Origin: Bispira polyomma
Taxonomy: Eukaryota
Assembly (NCBI GenBank): GCA_965649765.1
Contig: OZ287749.1
Span: 97,154,001 to 97,218,000, forward strand
Length of the DNA: 64,000 nucleotides
Direction: 5' to 3'
Part shown: positions 53,587 to 64,000 of the stretch, in pieces
Layout of the letters: each line of letters starts with the position of its first letter
Position numbering within the stretch: position 1 is the first letter of the stretch
Program-made: the position numbers and the translations under genes
The notes under the pieces: model-generated
Told to the model about the DNA's origin: nothing
Databases searched by the model: none
Seen by the model: the letters and a program-made list of their open reading frames with translations, nothing else

Positions 53587-54946
53587 ATCAGCATACCATA
53601 GTTATGTCATGCACTTATGACTTGATATTACAACAAATACTGTGGTATTATTTGTATTCACTTTATACTCATTTATCTATCTTTGTCTACAGACAGAGGC
53701 TTAGAAATGGCCATTAATTAACGTCACCAAGAGGTTCTTACACTTGCCACTAGGGATATAATCCAGTCACTGAGTTGCTAGAGCATACTTCGTCTGGGTT
53801 TGGAGAGATTTACTATTGTGTGTGTTAATAGATGTGTGTCTAGATGTATTCACAATACTAATATTTTAGATGTTAATAAATGTTACTATAGTTGCCCAAA
53901 CTCAGAATGAATTTTACTCAATCTTTTGACCCCTTCATAAACTTCTTGGTGGTTCCGTCCTGCGTCCTCGCCTTCTTCTTAGCTCCTTCACCCATGGATG
54001 GTCGTCTAAACCCCTATATATCTACCAGCGTATGCAGATCCCGGGAGAGGGTATGGGAGTTTCTAGGGAGCCAGGACCCCCATATTTAAATCATATTCAT
54101 AGAGCTGCTGCAAACATGACTCATTGAACAAAATTTTAACATTTATGTTCCCAACCTCTCCTAATGAGTGATCATGTGTCCACCTATGGCCTGTATACTT
54201 AAAGAGCCCACTTGGTTTGGCATTAAACCCGGGTCATCTGTTTTCTTAAACAAGTGTGTTACCCACAAGGCCACAGTGTCAGAACTTAAATATCAATAAA
54301 TCCATATTAAGAATACTAGAGGAGGAAAAACGGAAAAAATAATTGACAAAAAAAAAACCCTGAGTGAAATTACAAGTTTATACAAAAAAAAAGCAAAAAG
54401 TGATGTGACCACAAAATTATACCAAACAAAACTCCAAAGAAAAGGAAGGCGAGAAAATGACGGGGACGGAAAATAGAGATGATAAAACCTAAATTAGAAT
54501 GTGATGAAAATAACAGGGCGTGTTAGAGAAGACATCACTACACAAGGGGGCCTTATAATTAGGGAGGGTAATGTGTAGATAGTAATTTGTACAATGAAGG
54601 GGTGGGGGGGGTGTAAGAGAGGGTGCAACAGCTTTACTGGTAGAAACACCCAGTCATTTATAACCCAAACTAGGAAAGGGAGCCTGTTTGAAATGACAAT
54701 ATAAATAATAGGACTCAGTGATTACTAGCTAATTGAAAGGTTAACTTCTGGAACAGACCACTCTTCAGTTTTTAGTGCTTTGTAATTATTTAGTGTTGTA
54801 AGAAAATAGAAGTTTAAAAGGCATTCTTTTAGCATTTTATTTCTGTTATTTCAGCATGGATTTGACTATGAAATTACACAGGAGACTATAGAATATGGTA
54901 TTGTTTTGTAAAAAAGGAGGGTGTGGTTAAATCTGGGAACCGTCAT

Positions 54947-55063
54947 TTAAATGATCAGGTCATCCACAACCCATATGACCCGATGGATGAATTGTAGTAA
55001 GTTAACAAATGATTTTGATAACACAGCTTGGCAACAGAAATATAGTTCCATCCAGAAGATAAT
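54947..55063 (-). CDS. Putative terminal exon of the same gene
   Basis: Acceptor aatttacAG|ATT, phase 0, reading IIFWMELYFCC...VDDLII*. Minus-strand AATAAA at 54836-54841. Confidence 0.25.
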   Translation of the reverse strand: MIFWMELYFCCQAVLSKSFVNLLQFIHRVIWVVDDLII

Positions 55064-55112
55064 CTGTAAATTATATAATGACATATATTGGTTACTGGGG
55101 GATAACGTCTTT

Positions 55113-55540
55113 TGGCTAGATGTAAAGATGTCAATGCCTACTAATGACCCACCAGGGCTAGAAGTAAACATGTCAATGCCTACTAATGACCCACCAGGGC
55201 TAGAAGTAAACATGTCAATGCCTACTAATGACCCACCAGGGCTAGAAGTAAACATGTCAATGCCTACTAATGACCCACCAGGGCTAGAAGTAAACATGTC
55301 AATGCCTACTAATGACCCACCAGGGCTAGAAGTAAACATGTCAATGCCTACTAATGACCCACCAGGGCTAGACGTAAACATGTCAATGCCTACTAATGAC
55401 CCACCAGGGCTAGAAGTAAACATGTCAATGCCTACTAATGACCCACCAGGGCTAGAAGTAAACATGTCAATGCCTACTAATGACATACCAGGGCTAGAAG
55501 TAAACATGTCAATGCCTACTAATGACCAACCAGGACTAGG
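55113..55540. repeat. 42-bp minisatellite, ~10 copies
   Basis: Unit atgtcaatgcctactaatgacccaccagggctagaagtaaac; copies nearly identical. Confidence 0.95.
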
Positions 55541-55979
55541 TTCCGGGCATATTATCATCCTGGAGAATAAGTGTATTTTAAAGAATACAGTCATCTATTT
55601 AGCACCTTGTAAATAAATTAATTAAAATGTGACACGTGATTTCTGCACTTCTGAATAATTTTAATTATTTTTTCCCAACTGAACACAACTGGTGTGGTGC
55701 CCGTCTTATTCTGTACGTTTCTGTAAAAGAAAAATGGTTGGTATTTGTTTGGAGATGTAATATGAACTGAATAAATAAAGTTGTGGGGTTATAATATATA
55801 TATGTACATTTATTTAATCGTTTTTAAATACATTAAAGAAGTTTATTATACCCAAGTATCCAGCAACTTTATTGGTCACATGAAATATAGTCACATGAAA
55901 TATAGTCACATGACATGTTATACACTGTGATATGGTATTATGGTAAATGGTGCTGTCACACAAGAGGGGAATTTTGCCT

Positions 55980-58012
55980 AAAGAGGGTCACATTAGTACA
56001 AAGAACAATATGACCTACGAGGACGATATCACTACACAGAACAATATTACACAAGAGGGTCATATCACTACATAGAACAATATTACACAAGAGGGTCATA
56101 TCACTACACAGAACAATATTACACAAGAGGGTCATATCACTACATAGAACAATATTACACAAGAGGGCCATATCACTACACAGAACAATATTACACAAGA
56201 GGGTCATATCCCTACATAGAACAATATTTCACAAGAGGGTCATATCACTACATAGAAAAATATTACACAAGAGGGCCATATCACTACACAGAACAATATT
56301 ACACAAGAGGGCCATATCACTACACAGAACAATATTACACAAGTGGGCCATATCACTACACAGAACAATATTTCACAAGAGGGCCATATCACTACAAAGA
56401 ACAATATTACACAAGAGGGTCATATCACTACATATAACAATATTACACAAGAGGGCCATATCACTACACAGAACAATATTACACAAGAGGGCCATATCAC
56501 TACATAGAACAATATTACATAAAAGGGCCATATCACTACACATAACAATATTACACAAGAGGGCCATATCACCACACAGAACAATATTACACAAGAGGGC
56601 CATATCACTACACATAACAATATTACACAAGAGGGCTATATCACTACACATAACAATATTACATAAGAGGGCCATATCACTACACAGAACAATATTACAC
56701 AAGAGGGCCATATCACTACACATAACAATATTACACAAGAGGGTCATATCACTACAGAGAACAATATTACACAAGAGGGTCATATCACTACATAGAACAA
56801 TATTACACAAGAGGGTCATATCCCTACATAGAACAATATTACACAAGAGGGTCATATCACTACATAGAACAATATTACACAAGAGGGTCATATCCCTACA
56901 TAGAACAATATTACACAAGAGGGTCATATCACTACATAGAACAATATTACACAAGAGGACCATATCACCACACAGAACAATATTACACAAGAGGGTCATA
57001 TCACCACATAGAACAATATTACACAAGAGGGTCATATCCCTACATAGAACAATATTACACAAGAGGGCCATATCACTACATAGAACAATATTACACAAGA
57101 GGGTCATATCACTACACATAACAATATTACACAAGAGGGCCATATCACTACAGAGAACAATATTACACAAGAGGGTCATATCACTACACAGAACAATATT
57201 ACACAAGAGGGCCATATCACTACACATAACAATATTACACAAGAGGGCCATATCACTACACATAACAATATTACACAAGAAGGTCATATCACTACATAGA
57301 ACAATATTACATAAAAGGGCCATATCACTACACATAACAATATTACACAAGAGGGCCATATCACCACACAGAACAATATTACACAAGAGGGTCATATCAC
57401 CACACAGAGCAATATTACACAAGAGGGTCATATCCCTACATAGAACAATATTACATAAAAGGGCCATATCACTACCCATAACAATATTACACAAGAGGGC
57501 CATATCACCACACAGAACAATATTACACAAGAGGGTCATATCACCACACAGAGCAATATTACACAAGAGGGTCATATCCCTACATAGAACAATATTACAT
57601 AAAAGGGCCATATCACTACCCATAACAATATTACACAAGAGGGCCATATCACCACACAGAACAATATTACACAAGAGGGTCATATCACCACACAGAGCAA
57701 TATTACACAAGAGGGTCATATCACTACATAGAACAATATTACATAAAAGGGCCATATCACTACACATAACAATATTACACAAGAGGGCCATATCACCACA
57801 CAGAACAATATTACACAAGAGGGTCATATCACCACACAGAACAATATTACACAAGAGGGTCATGTCACTACATAGAACAATATTACACAAGAGGGCCATA
57901 TCACTACACAGAACAATATTACACAAGAGGGCCATATCACTACATAGAACAATATTACATAAGAGCGTCATGTCACTACACAGAACAATATTACACAAGA
58001 GGGCCATATCAC
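55980..58012. repeat. 36-bp minisatellite, ~56 copies
   Basis: Unit acacaagaggg(t/c)catatcactaca(t/c)agaacaatatt, head-to-tail with no spacers. Confidence 0.97.
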
Positions 58013-58064
58013 AACCAAAGGACCATATTACATATCTCACTGATTTGAGTTCAATGTTGCCGAT

Positions 58065-58362
58065 GATAAAAATTTTGACTTTAATGAATTTCCTTACCCT
58101 GGATTTTGAATCCGCCTAGGCCAAATTCTAATCTAGCTTAGGTGGAATCAAAATTTTAATCTCACCTAGGCGGAATTAAAATTTTCCAAGTTTGTCTAGT
58201 AGAATTTTTATCTCACCTAATTAAAAGTTAAATTAAAAATCAAATTATAATTTTGATTTTGCCTCTGTCATTGTACAAAGGGTTAAGTATAATTGTTCAT
58301 GCCTTTTAAAAAAACTCTATATCTACTCCAGCAGGCGAGATTATAATTTTAATTTGGCCTGT
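58065..58362. repeat. Foldback-like degenerate repeat built of aaattttaatc(t)c(g/a)cctaggcgga units
   Basis: tccgcctaggc, tcacctaggcgga, tagcttaggtgga and aggcgagattataattttaat subunits in both orientations. Confidence 0.5.
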
Positions 58363-58509
58363 GACATATATATCAATTAGTTTTCCTCAATTAAAGTGTA
58401 CTTTCAGAAATGATTCAACAGTGTTTTAGCCAGTTTGCAGCGGCGATGTCATTCTTTATTGTGGTTGATAAACAATATCTGTGAACATCTAAAAATGATG
58501 CCTACTTGC

Positions 58510-58615
58510 CTTTTCCAATATTGACATATAATGATATACTAAGATGATGATACAGGCAACAGCCACAAAGTACAGCAGTTCTTGACAACAGAGTCCATTT
58601 TGGGAGGGAGTTAGT
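58510..58615 (-). CDS. Putative exon 2 (106 nt) of the same gene, hydrophobic segment, GC donor
   Basis: Acceptor gctttttgtctttatgtttAG|A and donor AAG|GCAAGT. In phase with exon 1: RLTPSQNGLCCQELLYFVAVACIIILVYHYMSILEK. Confidence 0.35.
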
Positions 58616-59054
58616 CTAAACATAAAGACAAAAAGCTTTCTATTTGCTTTCTTTTTAAGAATTATCAATAGGGTTGTTTGTAGTTTCTTTGTGGTCAATA
58701 TCTTTACGGAGTTCAAACAAGTGATCAGCGGTAATGTTGGGGCTGGGGTAACCTGAGAGGAAAATCTATGGCTAAAATAAAGATGGGGAGAGACTGGGGG
58801 GGGGGGGGGGGGAAGAAGTAGCCTGGATAATAGGCGTATGTGTTAAATATATATAGAACATATACATTCTCCATTGAGTGAACTCCATCTGTGTCAATTA
58901 GCACTAGGATGTAATATATTAATAGCAGATATATTCTTGATGATTTAAATAGTTTAGATTTATTGTTAATTTATTATTTTGATACCTCAATACTTTAAAT
59001 ATACACACGGAAAACTTCATAGAAAGCTTCAGCGTGACTGTATTGTGCCAAGGT

Positions 59055-59360
59055 AATCAAAACGTCAGTTTAACAATAGCTTTGCCCATGATGCTCCAAC
59101 ACTTTGGAATGAATTACCTGCCGAAATTCATTGTGCAACCTCACTTACATGCTTTAGAAAAAAACTTAAAACCTACTTATTCGACAAGGCTTTTCCACCA
59201 TAGCCCTAAATTTACCCGGCGTCTCCATGATACTGACCCATGCTTGTCCAACGGAAATGCAAATTGAATAAGGATACTGTCCTGCGCTTTAGAATTCCCT
59301 AAGAAGGAGAGATTAAGCGCTATAAAAGTGAGATTAGATTAGAATAGATCAGATTAGATT
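59055..59360 (+). mobile_element. L2/CR1-clade LINE 3' end with (AGATT)n tail
   Basis: Reads SFAHDAPTLWNELPAEIHCATSLTCFRKKLKTYLFDKAFPP* (TAG 59201-59203), then 3' UTR ...taagcgctataaaagt and a gattagattaga tail. Confidence 0.8.
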
Positions 59361-59482
59361 GTGTAATATCCTTAATTTTGTTAAGGCGACTATGAAAAAC
59401 CCCTTTGTCAAATTTCATGACAACGTGTCTCAACCTGTAGTATTATTTCTAGTGTAATTTTGACAAAGGTTCAAAAATTGGT

Positions 59483-60517
59483 GGAGGCAAACCATCAATA
59501 TATGACCGTGCTAGTCAGTCAATATTGTCAAGGTATAAAGGGGGTAAACCATCAATATATGACTGTGCTAGTCAGTCAATACTGCCAAGGTATGAAGGGG
59601 GTAAACCAGCAATAAATGACCGTGCTAGTCAGTGAATACTGCCAAGGTATGAAGGGGGTAAACCATTAATATATGACTGTGCTAGTCAGTCAATATTGCC
59701 AGGGTATGAAGGGGGTTAACCATCAATATATGACCGTGCTAGTCAGTCAATACTGCCAAGGTATGAAGGGGGTAAACCAGCAATAAATGACCGTGCTAAT
59801 CAGTCAATATTGTCAAGGTATGAAAGGAGTAAACCATCAATATATAGCTGTGCTAGTCAGTCAATATTGCCAGGGTATGAAGGGGTTAAACCATCAATAT
59901 ATGACCGTGCTAATCCGTCTATACTGTCAAGGTATGAAGGGGGTAAACCATCAATATATAGCCGTGCTAGTCAGTCAATATTGTCAAGGTATGAAGGGGT
60001 TAAACCATCAATATATAGCCGTGCTAGTCAGTCAATACTGTTAAGGTATGAAGGGGGTAAACCATCAATATATGGCCGTGCTAGTCAGTAAATACTGCCA
60101 AGGTTTAAAGGGGGTAAACCATCCATATATGGCCGTGCTAGTCAGTCAATACTGCCAAGGTTTGAAGGGGGTAAACCATCGATATATAGCCGTGCTAGTC
60201 AGTCAATATTGCCAGGATATAAAGGGGGTAAACCATCAATATATAGCCGTGCTAACCAGTCAGTATTGCCAGGGTATAAAGGGGGTAAACCATCAATATA
60301 TGACCGTGCTAGTCAGTCAATATTGTCAAGGTATGAAGGGGGTAAACCATCAATATATGGCCGTGCTAGTCAGTCAATATTGTCAAGGTATGAAGGGGGT
60401 AAACCGTCAATATATAGCCGTGCTAACCAGTCAGTATTGCCAGGGTATAAAGGGGGTAAACCATCAATATATGACCGTGCTAGTCAGTCAATATTGTCAA
60501 GGTATGAAGGGGTAAAC
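59483..60517. repeat. 57-bp minisatellite, ~18 copies
   Basis: Unit ggtaaaccatcaatatatgaccgtgctagtcagtcaatattgtcaaggtatgaaggg; a few units are 56 bp. Confidence 0.95.
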
Positions 60518-60541
60518 TTTCAGCTGCAGTAAAGAAGAATC

Positions 60542-60733
60542 TGAATTTAGTTGGGTCACTTTTAACAGCTTAGGTTATATATAACGACGGCCTGATTTAA
60601 TGTTGGAAGAAACCAGTGCTGAAGCCACTGTAAACCAGCGACTTATGGCAAAGTACCTGGTACAAACTTCCCCCACATGAAGGAATGAACAGCATTCGTA
60701 CCTGCAATGGTGAGAGGCCAGTGATTCTGAAGG
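60542..60733 (-). mobile_element. tRNA-derived SINE, 5'-truncated
   Basis: aacagcttaggttatat...gaaaccagtgctgaagccactgtaaacc...ggtgagaggccagtgatt; same family as 8389. Confidence 0.72.
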
Positions 60734-61439
60734 CTGCAAAGAAGAAATGCTGACAAGACACAAGTCACATCCTTATACATATGTATAGGTGTGTGGTAAA
60801 GGGTGGACAGTAATACACACTAGTGAGGTATTTGATGATTTTATTACATTGCATCGTCAAGAATCATTGATATATTTTCACTTGTATAGTGCTGCCAATA
60901 ATATGTGAAACGGTCACATCTGAAATACAGTAATCTATCCGAATTCTAGGAGTTTGCTTACTTTTTACCTATACCCTGGTGCTCAAAGGTCACACAAACT
61001 ATGTACACAATTCACTTTGAAACTCTAGTTGAGATGCGGCCTCATATAACATCAGACAATTTTGACCTTTTGGATAGATCTGTAACTAAATGTCTCCAAA
61101 CACAGATGATTCGTTGAAGGAATATCAGTGAAACAAATGCAATTAAAAAGAAAAATCTTCGGTGGTTGACGTTTGTTATTATCTGGGTAGGTCAAAGGTC
61201 AAGCTTAGTTTTTGTTGGTGCATCCAAGATGTGTTAATATTGTTGTTTATCCCCTGTTTATGAAAATACGAATATTGCATTGTATTATATATTTTAACAC
61301 ACTTTATTGATGCGAGGTATCTTCTAAAGTGTAACAACCGTAACAACCAACCAATGGGTCATACAACATAGCTTGGGTAGTGATCAGTAGGCAATGCATT
61401 AATGGCACGTTCACATTTTCTCCACGGATGTTATCCCAC

Positions 61440-61573
61440 CTATGAACCTAGTGACATCAGATGGATTCAACCCAAGGACCTTTCGATCACAGGACCAACT
61501 CCCCCACTAGGATTGGAATCAGGGACCTTCTGATCACAAAACGAACTCCTTAACCACCGGACCACGGGAGACC
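61440..61573 (-). mobile_element. tRNA-like SINE head with internal partial duplication
   Basis: ggacctt(t)c(t)gatcaca occurs twice, then ttaaccaccggaccacgggagacc, the reverse complement of an A-box-bearing head. Confidence 0.5.
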
Positions 61574-61676
61574 ACACCCTTCTTAGTTGTAGTTGTTGTA
61601 CCATTATTTTAAATATGAATGGGCCTGTTAATCATAATTTTTAATACAAATGAAATTATTAAATCCTTATTCTAAC

Positions 61677-61798
61677 CTTGGCAAGGCTAGTGAGATGCTG
61701 GACCTGCATTGATTATGTATTTGAGGGAGTCTTCTGCCAGACCCAACAGTAAATTGAACAGACAAAAGTGGTGTAGTTTTCCTCCAGTTTCTTTTCAT
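61677..61798 (-). CDS. Putative exon 1 of an unannotated minus-strand spliced gene (hypothetical small membrane protein or lncRNA)
   Basis: gttaaaATG at 61798, reading MKRNWRKTT...SLALP, donor AAG|GTTAGA (phase 2). CRE TGACGTCA lies upstream at 61880-61887. Confidence 0.3.
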
Positions 61799-62760
61799 TT
61801 TAACAAAGATGATGAAAATGGATTCAGACAGACTGGAATCTTCTTCAGGGTTTAGAGAGTGGACACGGAACAAAGACCGTGACGTCACACTGGAGGGAAG
61901 GAGGGATCTCACGAGAATAGGACGATAAAAAAAATCTGGTGTAATTTTAGCTACAATGATTTTGCTACAAGATTATACAATAGACGAGATATCACGTTAA
62001 TTACAGGATTAAGAAAGAGATTTGGTGTAACGCTGTCTAGCATGGCCTGAATGGTAAACATAACACTGATATTTTAAAACTAGAAATGCATAAATACCCA
62101 GCAATATATGGTATTATAAGTCACTGTTAATAGTTTAATAATATTTTCTATTTACGTTTAACAAAACAACAGAAAGTTTAATACAACTGTAGCTATAAAC
62201 CATTGCTTTTCTCCAGAAGAAACAATTGACGGCAATTTTCACTTACAATTTTAAAGTTTCCATAAAACTGAACATAGTCAAATAATTTTATCTACCATTT
62301 TGTCTGAAAAATATTTCTACTGACAAAAACTGAATGAAGTATTTCAGTAATCACAACTTCACCTATTTCATAAATACAGCACTGTTATTACTATATTGTA
62401 ATGCTATCACTCCACATCGTGAGCTGGGGTTCACCTTGAGATGTTATGGCTGGCTTTCAATAAACACACTTTACTGTGTGATATCCACACCTTTTAATTT
62501 TTACTCTCTGTAACTTCAGATTCCATTCCCTTGTTTTAATGTCAACAACTATCCCTATCGAATGGACCCCATTCTGTGGGAGAAGGTCTATCATTATAAA
62601 CACCTACGTTCTGGTTTTAGTGTCACCAAATTATACCCCAGTAGTATATGGTTTAGTGAGAGCTTCTTATAGACTGATCTTTTTGTTCATAAATCGCCCC
62701 AAATGCTAGCCCTGTTTAGGGCTCACGTTTTTGTTATTAGGTTACATTTCATGTGGGCTG

Positions 62761-63055
62761 AATTTGGTGACAACATTATAAAAGAAGCTTCGGTTGCAAG
62801 ATATCTCGGTGTACATAGCTGACAATTTTACCTTATCAAATCAAATTGTACAAGTTTGTAAATATGCCTATTTTGAGATTTGTTTTATCTACAACATACA
62901 CCCATTCATTACACAGGTGGCGGCACTAAATTTAGTGCATGCACACTTGTGATATTGAAATTAGACTATGGAAATGCACTACACCATGAAACTACCACAA
63001 ACTCTGATGTCACAAATTTCAGCTTGTTCTAAATGCTGCTACACGCTTGGTTCTG
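62761..63055 (+). pseudogene. Degenerate L2/CR1 LINE ORF2 fragment (region after the RT core)
   Basis: With frameshifts it reads GDNIIKEASVARYLGVH..DNFTLSNQIVQVCKYAYFEI...HPFITQVAALNLVHA.VILKLDYGNAL...LVLNAATRLV, matching L2 'RNLGV.FD..L...HI..VCK.AYF...LVHALV.SRLDYGN.LL...QNAAARLV'. Confidence 0.75.
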
Positions 63056-64000
63056 CCGAGTGAGGCCAAACCAAGACAGCAGAGGTGGAAGGTGGGAGTG
63101 TGTTACCACTACACCATTAGATATGGGACAAATTAACTATTTGATTTAGGACAAATTCAAATTATGAGAACTAGAATTAATTTGAGCACTAAAAATGTAA
63201 CTACAATGGTGACTTTAATGGAGAATTTAAACATAATTTAACTAGAATGTTGGCCCCTATGGCCTACTTGTAATCCCAAGTACAAATTTGCGCCTCTCCA
63301 CCAAGGTGTTTAAATTGGTATATATGACTCTGTCTAGCATGCTCCCTTGGTAAGCTGAGAGTAAACAATCATTGATTAACACAGAAGAAGAACCCAGGAT
63401 GGGGCAATAATGGTAATCAAAGGATTTGTAAAGCATCAAATTGATAGAACATCCGCTAAAATAGTTGATTCTACAAAACAGGGTGGTCCATTAACGGAAA
63501 CTACTGTTGCTAAAAAATGGTTGACGGGGGAAAGTGGGTATGGAACCTTAAAAGGTAGGTTTTAATTGACTTCTAAGATTTCAATAGGAGCGATATCATT
63601 TTCATTTAGACCAGTAAAATTCTTAAGACTTCATAGTATATAAGAAGCCTAGAGGCTTAGACAAGGCTATCCTGGTGCCTTCTTGCATTCTCTTAGAGGT
63701 GATTATATATGTATTGAATTATTCCTAGCCCCTAGTCACCCCCAAACCCCCGTGATTTATTGAAGAAAACACTTGTGCCGTTTTAAACCCGGTTGTTATA
63801 TCTAAAACAGATAAGGATCGGTACTTTGTCATTTTGGCACTTCTCAGTCTTGAAAAAAAAAACAGTTTTAAAATATTTTTGCATAAAATGTAAAAATGTC
63901 ATATGTCAGCTATTGATTTATTGGTTTAAGGTGTGAAGTAAATATACACCCCCGCCTTGGTTTAGGTAAAAAATTGTGCAATATGCGTACATTAGCAGTA

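Noticed and set aside
53915-54020. Purine-rich minus-strand stretch (DDHPWVKELRRRRG / MGEGAKKKAR)
   Set aside because: All frames stop within ~30 codons; probably a decayed repeat fragment.
54855-54897. Plus-strand 43-nt exon-like unit (tttcAG|...ATG|GTATTG; HGFDYEITQETIEY)
   Set aside because: No partner exons or recognisable product. Its pyrimidine tract is equally explained as the complement of the minus-strand poly(A) region.
55148-55160. CTCF-like ccaccagggct in the 42-bp repeat; also gccgccaggtgcag ~26228 and cagcaggggcg ~53290
   Set aside because: The first two lack the GGCR 3' half of the core, and the last is a MITE TIR.
54951-55616. 221-aa (+) and 215-aa (-) overlapping ORFs
   Set aside because: Mostly the 42-bp repeat, which is open on both strands; flanks show no recognisable domain.
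55980-58012. CRISPR-like 36-bp repeat
   Set aside because: Units are head-to-tail with no unique spacers; eukaryotic context and no cas genes.
56373-58040. 555-aa Cys-rich ORF (MALLCNIVLCSD)n, and a Tyr-rich TRGPYHYTEQYY frame on the + strand
   Set aside because: Produced by a 36-bp unit. The minus frame is broken by a stop inside the array (56373), the Tyr-rich frame has repeated TAA variants, and there is no signal peptide or unique domain.
59787-60532. Repetitive ORFs in the 57-bp array
   Set aside because: Interrupted by stops and 1-bp indels between units.
63257-63470. Minus-strand ORF with acceptor-like ttttgtAG
   Set aside because: Weak donor, no recognisable homology, and no phase link established to other exons.

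Overview
AT-rich animal genomic DNA. The SINE and LINE types suggest a lophotrochozoan, probably a mollusc (inference). The only confidently recognisable gene is a two-exon Six1/2 (sine oculis) homeobox gene on the + strand. Exon 1 CDS (21916-22544) encodes the SIX domain and an ETSY/K50 homeodomain. A 15.8-kb phase-2 intron follows, then exon 2 CDS (38346-38799) with a Gly/His/Gln/Pro-rich tail, giving 360 aa. It lies in a gene desert with a motif-rich promoter (~20.6 kb) and several CpG-rich, motif-dense islands that look like enhancers. Repeats include about a dozen tRNA-derived SINE copies (one nested in another with a 17-bp TSD), three L2/CR1-type LINE fragments, several MITE or Helentron-like remnants, and three minisatellites (42, 36 and 57 bp) at 55-60.5 kb that account for all the long spurious ORFs. 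The best unexplained leads are: a pair of candidate frame-compensating microexons (14+22 nt) in the Six1/2 intron; a cluster of Six-type GGTATCA sites upstream (possible autoregulatory enhancer); a Pbx/Hox-Meis-K50 composite element; and a possible unannotated minus-strand spliced gene with a GC-AG intron and a TM segment whose introns host the minisatellites. No CRISPR, rRNA or genuine tRNA gene was seen. All splice and regulatory models were read by eye and need transcript or alignment confirmation.
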